Below, piece by piece: positions 34,394 to 38,724 of a DNA stretch of 38,724 nucleotides. Source of the stretch: Desulfobacteraceae bacterium (GTDB lineage: Bacteria > Desulfobacterota > Desulfobacteria > Desulfobacterales > UBA11574); assembly GCA_030613575.1 (NCBI GenBank), contig JAUWLP010000002.1, positions 1 to 38,724 on the forward strand, written 5' to 3'. The notes under the pieces were generated by a model. That model was not told the DNA's origin, did not search any database, and was given only the letters and a program-made list of their open reading frames with translations. A program made the position numbers and the translations under genes. The first letter of the stretch is position 1. Every line of letters starts with the position of its first letter.

Positions 34394-35374
34394 TTAGTTC
34401 GACAAGGCGTCGGTCCACTGCCGCAGAATAGCCGGATATTCGATCACGCTTGAATCTGCATAAAAGGGCAAGCTGTAAATGGCCGTGTTTTTGATGGCCG
34501 GTACATTCGCCAGGGCCGGATTGTTTTTCATCGCGGTAGCAAGAGCCTTTTGCACTGCAAAGGGTTTTCCGGTCATGATAATGACATCAGGTTTCGCTAT
34601 AGTCAGGGCATCCAGCTTTCTAATAGAAAAATGCCCCTTATTCACTTTCTTGTTTGGGGATTTAAGAACATCTCCCACATTGATGCAGCCGAGCGGTTCG
34701 AGCAGGAAGCGATCAGAGTAACCACCAGGCATCTCGACCCTTAGAAAAGTCTTCCCCGTCGCACTCTGGTAAGTGCCATTGATAATGACCACCTTTTTAC
34801 CCAGTCCTGCCTTGGGTAAACCTTTTTTGGCCTTTGCCAGTGCTTTGTTATAGCGATCGATCAAGGCATCGGCTTTAGACTGACATCCCAGCAATTTGGC
34901 CGTCTGGCGGATGGCCGACTCTAAGCCATTAGAAAAATCTACATACTCAATGGTCAAGCCTTTTCCTTCCAGCAGGGGAACGACGTTGGCCGGTTTGACT
35001 TTGGGTTTGTAAATACAAAAATTTGGATGCTTCTCAATGATGATTCGCTTGATGCCTCGTTTTTTTGCCGTGTTTGGAACGATGGATGGGTTTTTGTTGA
35101 CTATGCATTTTGGGCAGCCCAGCACCTGGGAGGTGTTCAAGAGCTGCTTGCACATGGGCCACAAGGAGCAGCGCACAGACATGGCCTCGGGGAGAACGCC
35201 CAGGTTAAAAGCTACATCTACCAATCGATCGCCAATCATAATAACCTTAATTTTCTCTGGAGCTGTCTTGGGCTTAGCCTCAGCCGGCTGGGAGAATAGA
35301 AGAAACAATCCCAGACCTATGATGGGTAAAAAAACCAGTGCCTTTTTGTTGATGTTTTTAATATGGTAATTCAT
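34394..35374 (-). CDS. Class III (BtuF/FhuD-like) periplasmic binding protein, Cys-rich (paralog of 13667-14662)
   Basis: AAAGGAGA RBS and a signal peptide. It shares long identical stretches with the paralog (GIKRIIIEKHPNFCIYKPKVKPANVVPLLEGKGLTIEYVDFS; SLPFYADSSVIEYPAILRQW). The nucleotide differences are mostly synonymous. Confidence 0.7.
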   Translation of the reverse strand: MNYHIKNINKKALVFLPIIGLGLFLLFSQPAEAKPKTAPEKIKVIMIGDRLVDVAFNLGVLPEAMSVRCSLWPMCKQLLNTSQVLGCPKCIVNKNPSIVPNTAKKRGIKRIIIEKHPNFCIYKPKVKPANVVPLLEGKGLTIEYVDFSNGLESAIRQTAKLLGCQSKADALIDRYNKALAKAKKGLPKAGLGKKVVIINGTYQSATGKTFLRVEMPGGYSDRFLLEPLGCINVGDVLKSPNKKVNKGHFSIRKLDALTIAKPDVIIMTGKPFAVQKALATAMKNNPALANVPAIKNTAIYSLPFYADSSVIEYPAILRQWTDALSN

Positions 35375-35429
35375 AATTCGAATCTCCTTTCTCTGTTCCT
35401 TAGAATTGATGCTAATCGGTCCTTATTAT

Positions 35430-35588
35430 TTATACACGGCATCCGATCCAGGCTGGCGGCAGATAAACCCGGCCACTTTTGCCACTCTGGGTCACTATTT
35501 TTTCAAACATCTCTTCGCCGTACACCTCAAACTTGACGTTTCCCCAATATCTTAAGGGGTTGGGATCTTCTTTATTTGTTGATTTCAT
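35430..35588 (-). CDS. Small (52 aa) AbrB/SpoVT- or DUF2080-like protein, below the ORF-track cutoff
   Basis: Hand translation gives MKSTNKEDPNPLRYWGNVKFEVYGEEMFEKIVTQSGKSGRVYLPPAWIGCRV. The EK.V...G.SGRVYLP..WIG..V pattern recalls swapped-hairpin small proteins. The RBS is weak. Confidence 0.3.
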   Translation of the reverse strand: MKSTNKEDPNPLRYWGNVKFEVYGEEMFEKIVTQSGKSGRVYLPPAWIGCRV

Positions 35589-35739
35589 TATTGATATGCT
35601 CTCTGATTTGTTCGCTCAGGCTATCAGCGAAATTTATACGAGATTCGAAGTTGATGAGCCCAACGCATTTCAAGTTTCTTATTTTCTTGTTTGCGGGTGA
35701 CAATATCTTAGCGATTTGATCCAGTTTCGTTTGTTTCAT
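35572..35739 (-). CDS. Hypothetical small protein (55 aa)
   Basis: GGAGGAG RBS lies 5 nt before ATG 35739. It overlaps the end of the upstream 274-aa gene. No family recognised. Confidence 0.35.
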   Translation of the reverse strand: MKQTKLDQIAKILSPANKKIRNLKCVGLINFESRINFADSLSEQIREHINNEINK

Positions 35740-36532
35740 GAACTCCTCCTTCTGCATTTTCATGTTTGAGCAGATGCCAGGCTTCCCTGAATTGCGTATA
35801 TTTACTTTCAAGCGGTCCTGCCTGGGGAATCAAGTAAACACCGCCTGCTGGCATGGCATCACTTGGAATAACATAAAAGATGCTTTTTTCTCGCGATTGA
35901 CAGAGACAGATGAAAAAATCACATTCAAAATTAGTGGAACTTTTTGTGCTGATGCGGAAATATTGCTTTCTGCCCTTTTTCCTCGGTCTCGAACTGCTTC
36001 TCAGAGAAAGCCTGTAACCGTTCACTAAAATCATATAGCCATATTTTTTCTTTGTAATATGAGATGAAAGTCCCATGGATTCCATTTTTTCTTTAACCTT
36101 AACAATTTTAGCAAGGGTCTTTGATTTCCTCTGGGGAGCATGGTTTTTCTGTTTTATAACCGCCGCTTTTCTTTTATAAGTCTCAGTGTAAGGGCATCCA
36201 TAAATCTTTTTGAAAACCAGCCAGGCGTTTTGCCTGGAAAATCCGAAACAGCTGCCAACATCGGCAAGCGAGTTATCCGGATCTTCTATCAATCCCTTGA
36301 ATTTCTCCACGGCACCAAGGCCATAAGTACGTTCAAATCGTCTTGAGAATCCGTTTGATCTGTTAATCCCAATGGATGAACGCAACTTAACAAAAAGTGA
36401 TGGTTTTACGTTTAATAAGCTGGCAATTTCGTAATCATAAAGGGACTCCTCCTCTACAATGTTCTTTATAAAGGCATGTAAGCCCATACCGAACTGCTCT
36501 TTTACAGAAGCTTCTAATTGCTTAGTTATCAT
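35708..36532 (-). CDS. Hypothetical protein with HTH-like N-terminal segments and a possible PD-(D/E)xK-like C-terminal segment
   Basis: ATG 36532 has GAGG 8 nt upstream. There are two HTH-like stretches (YEIASLLNVKPSLFVKL; LADVGSCFGFSRQNAWLVFKK). The C-terminus YGYMILVNGYRLSL...CDFFICLC...IFYVIPS resembles small nuclease folds. The assignment is tentative. Confidence 0.45.
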   Translation of the reverse strand: MITKQLEASVKEQFGMGLHAFIKNIVEEESLYDYEIASLLNVKPSLFVKLRSSIGINRSNGFSRRFERTYGLGAVEKFKGLIEDPDNSLADVGSCFGFSRQNAWLVFKKIYGCPYTETYKRKAAVIKQKNHAPQRKSKTLAKIVKVKEKMESMGLSSHITKKKYGYMILVNGYRLSLRSSSRPRKKGRKQYFRISTKSSTNFECDFFICLCQSREKSIFYVIPSDAMPAGGVYLIPQAGPLESKYTQFREAWHLLKHENAEGGVHETNETGSNR

Positions 36533-36674
36533 TTTTAACCTCATTCTTTGAGGGGTAATTCAATTCTGTGGGTAGATATTTTGAAGTTAGATGCCATGGT
36601 GGAAATTGTACTTTTTTTTACCTTTTTGCCTGCCCTGTGGAATCCCGAAGAGCTATTTCTCTGGGGCGGCTATA

Positions 36675-36758
36675 TCAAATAAGCAACACAAACAAAGAGA
36701 AAACCGCCATTGCCATTACACTGCTGATGTACATGACCCACCCAATCTTTGTTTCCAT
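36675..36758 (-). CDS. Candidate 27-aa hydrophobic peptide
   Basis: AAGGAG lies 6 nt before ATG 36758. It reads METKIGWVMYISSVMAMAVFSLFVLLI and lies 80 nt downstream of flavodoxin on the same strand. Confidence 0.3.
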   Translation of the reverse strand: METKIGWVMYISSVMAMAVFSLFVLLI

Positions 36759-36837
36759 TTGCCACTCCTTTTGTGAAGCGGTTAAGTGTTGAGTAGTTGA
36801 ATGGTTGAGTAGTAACAAAATACTAAAGATCTTTCCT

Positions 36838-37287
36838 TTATCCGGTCTTATTGAATTTTGCAGCTATTTGTTTGGCCCATTCCCGTGCATCGTCATCGTC
36901 CGGATCACCATCTATCCTTAAGCCCTCGTCAAGAAGGGTAGCCCCAATCTGTTCAAGTCGTTCTTCTAATAAATCAACAGCTCCACAAAAATGGGTGTAA
37001 TCGCTGTCTCCGCACCCAAAGGCCGCTGCCGGCTTGCCTGATAGATCAGCGCCCTCGAGATCATCATAAAAATCAACCATATCAGCCTGAAGCTCTTTTT
37101 CTTCCTCGCCCCAGGTGGATGAACCGAGAAGGATGAGATCATAGTCTGAAAGATCTCCCACCGAAGCCTGGGTCACCTCTTTTAACGTCACATCAAAATC
37201 CGCAGCTTTCAGTGCCGAAGCTATTTCCTCTGCCACTGACTCTGTGTTGCCTGTTTCTGAACCGTAAACGATAATTGTCTTAGTCAT
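36838..37287 (-). CDS. Short-chain flavodoxin
   Basis: The FMN-binding start MTKTIIVYGSETGNTE, the LLGSSTWG block and an acidic composition fit short-chain flavodoxin. Confidence 0.9.
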   Translation of the reverse strand: MTKTIIVYGSETGNTESVAEEIASALKAADFDVTLKEVTQASVGDLSDYDLILLGSSTWGEEEKELQADMVDFYDDLEGADLSGKPAAAFGCGDSDYTHFCGAVDLLEERLEQIGATLLDEGLRIDGDPDDDDAREWAKQIAAKFNKTG

Positions 37288-37304
37288 GATGAATTTCTCC
37301 TTTT

Positions 37305-37532
37305 CTAGTGTTTTATTAATAGCAGATGATCTTTTTTGGCTTCTGCATTTTCAGGCCTGTATAAATCCTTATTCGCCTTTGCCTCCAAAATCATCTGTGC
37401 TAAACGATCAAAGTCGTTTTCATTCAGCCGGACTGAAACCCCCGGCAGATGAATATGATATTGACCGCAAGTGCAGCTTGATATGCCTCCAAAGCCTTTG
37501 TAGAATGCTAAGTGTGTTTGCTCACATGCCAT
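37305..37532 (-). CDS. Hypothetical small Cys/His protein
   Basis: GGAGGA RBS lies 8 nt upstream. It carries C3, C20-x-C22 and H26/H28 (SSCTCGQYHIH). It sits between the DUF2325 gene and flavodoxin. Confidence 0.5.
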   Translation of the reverse strand: MACEQTHLAFYKGFGGISSCTCGQYHIHLPGVSVRLNENDFDRLAQMILEAKANKDLYRPENAEAKKDHLLLIKH

Positions 37533-37566
37533 TGACTCGATTCCTCCTTCAAATTTCCACTTTTTC

Positions 37567-38724
37567 TTACTGAATACTTATATGTTTGTGATGCTCCAAA
37601 AGTGTTTGGGATATGCTGTTCAAACTGGAACTGGCAAGCATTTGAACAGGCGTGCTGTGTTTTTTGCCGAGTCGTTTGACCGCCAAACATGCACCGTGGC
37701 TATTGCAATTTGTGGGGCAGAGCACCATGTCTGCCCGTTTGACCCGGTTCTCAAGGCCTTTTATGCCACCTTTCATATAGCCATCATGGTAGTCAAATGT
37801 CCCGCCATTGTCCTCAATCAACTGACGATAGAGGGCCTCCATCTTAGTTATCCCGCCTACTATAAGGATGCGTTTCTGGCAAAGATCAAAGGACGGACAG
37901 CTCTCATCACACCGGTTTAAAGCGAAGATCTGTGCGGTGCCCCTTTCTATCTCTATTCTCAAATGGCTGTTCAGGTCACGCTGTCTGTCGAGTTTGGACA
38001 ATAGTTGAGCGTTTTGGTCTTGAAGAGCATTAAGTCGTTGTTTGTAAGCCTTTATCTCTCCTGGTAATTTCCATAGCTCGGCCTGCAAATGCTGATTTTT
38101 TGTCCGGAGGCGGGCAATCAGACCGTGCTCCCGGGATTTCGACAGTTCATGTTCCAGTGTTTCGTTTCTTTTTTTTAAAAAACTGTAAGCCTTATTTCTA
38201 TCAGATAGTTGCTTTTCCAATTTTTCATTTTGTTTTTTTAATGCTCTCCTTGCCCCGATTGCCTCATTGAGCCTTTGAGCCAGTCTCTTATTCTCTTCCT
38301 GTGAATTGGCTAAACACTGCCTTGCTTTCCTGTTCTGGCTGGCGCTTAGGTGCATCTGCATATGAATGTCGCTAAAGACATCCATCCTTGCTTCTTTTGA
38401 CAGGTCAGGTCGCGTGGCAGCAATCCAAAAAATGCCGTCAATTTTTCCATTCTTATTGTGTTCCTTCCAACGCAGGATGAACTCGCATTCTTCAAGGTGG
38501 AAAAATTCCGCAATCTCCTTTTTGAATTTCTGATTGAGCCTGCATTCCACTTTGCGGGAGATGAGATTCTCGTCTTCTGATTTTCCCACAAGGATTTCAT
38601 GTATTTCAAATGGGGTCTTTTTTTTGAAGCTAATCCTTGTCTTTTTGAGGATTTGCTTTTGCTCGTTAATGTCGAGGCATGTACCGATAACAGGACATTT
38701 GAAGAAGCACTCGATCTCCCAGAA
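37567..38724 (-). CDS. DUF2325-domain protein with a central coiled coil (5' partial; frame open to window end)
   Basis: The C-terminus ILIVGG...YHDG...ADMVLCPTNCNSHGA is DUF2325-like. The central ~130 aa is heptad-rich. The frame continues upstream of the track's GTG 38589 to nt 38724 (FWEIECFFKCPVIGTCLDINE...). Confidence 0.75.
   Translation of the reverse strand, partial: FWEIECFFKCPVIGTCLDINEQKQILKKTRISFKKKTPFEIHEILVGKSEDENLISRKVECRLNQKFKKEIAEFFHLEECEFILRWKEHNKNGKIDGIFWIAATRPDLSKEARMDVFSDIHMQMHLSASQNRKARQCLANSQEENKRLAQRLNEAIGARRALKKQNEKLEKQLSDRNKAYSFLKKRNETLEHELSKSREHGLIARLRTKNQHLQAELWKLPGEIKAYKQRLNALQDQNAQLLSKLDRQRDLNSHLRIEIERGTAQIFALNRCDESCPSFDLCQKRILIVGGITKMEALYRQLIEDNGGTFDYHDGYMKGGIKGLENRVKRADMVLCPTNCNSHGACLAVKRLGKKHSTPVQMLASSSLNSISQTLLEHHKHISIQ

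Noticed and set aside
13667-35374. Calling the 14.7-34.4-kb interval a mobile genomic island.
   Set aside because: I could identify no integrase, transposase, conjugation gene, tRNA target or terminal inverted repeats of an IS. Only remnants and repeats are present, so it is reported as a mosaic accessory region rather than a mobile element.

Overview
38.7-kb window, read by eye with the supplied ORF track; no searches were run. Gene content suggests an anaerobic, Desulfobacterales-like deltaproteobacterium (ADP-forming acetyl-CoA synthetase, Feo, DUF2325, flavodoxin, many short GC-rich hairpins), but this is only an impression. No rRNA, tRNA, CRISPR array, integrase or transposase was recognised. 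Most of the window concerns metal handling. (1) 1.7-12.2 kb holds 12 co-directional, translationally coupled genes forming two diverged copies of a six-gene module. Each copy has a NitT/TauT-type ABC importer (secreted NMT1-like SBP, permease, ATPase), a HypB/UreG-like G3E GTPase, a transmembrane-less ABC ATPase and a signal-less binding-protein-like gene. Gene order is mirror-symmetric about ~6.72 kb. I know of no characterised system with this composition, so it is my main candidate for an undescribed system. (2) 12.3-14.7 kb has a leader with terminator and possible antiterminator, an outer-membrane barrel and a Cys-rich class III periplasmic binding protein. An inverted paralog of that binding protein lies at 34.4-35.4 kb next to a DUF4198 (Ni/Co-type) periplasmic protein. 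(3) Between those paralogs lies a mosaic: methyltransferases, feoAB plus a FeoC-like gene, a heterodimeric ABC exporter, a P1B-ATPase/MarR/SO_0444-type efflux operon, toxin-antitoxin pairs, a DUF4143 ATPase and several gene remnants. (4) 35.4-38.7 kb has small minus-strand genes, flavodoxin and a DUF2325 protein that runs off the window. Intergenic regions carry short tandem 5-7-mer arrays, often as inverted pairs, and GC-rich hairpins.
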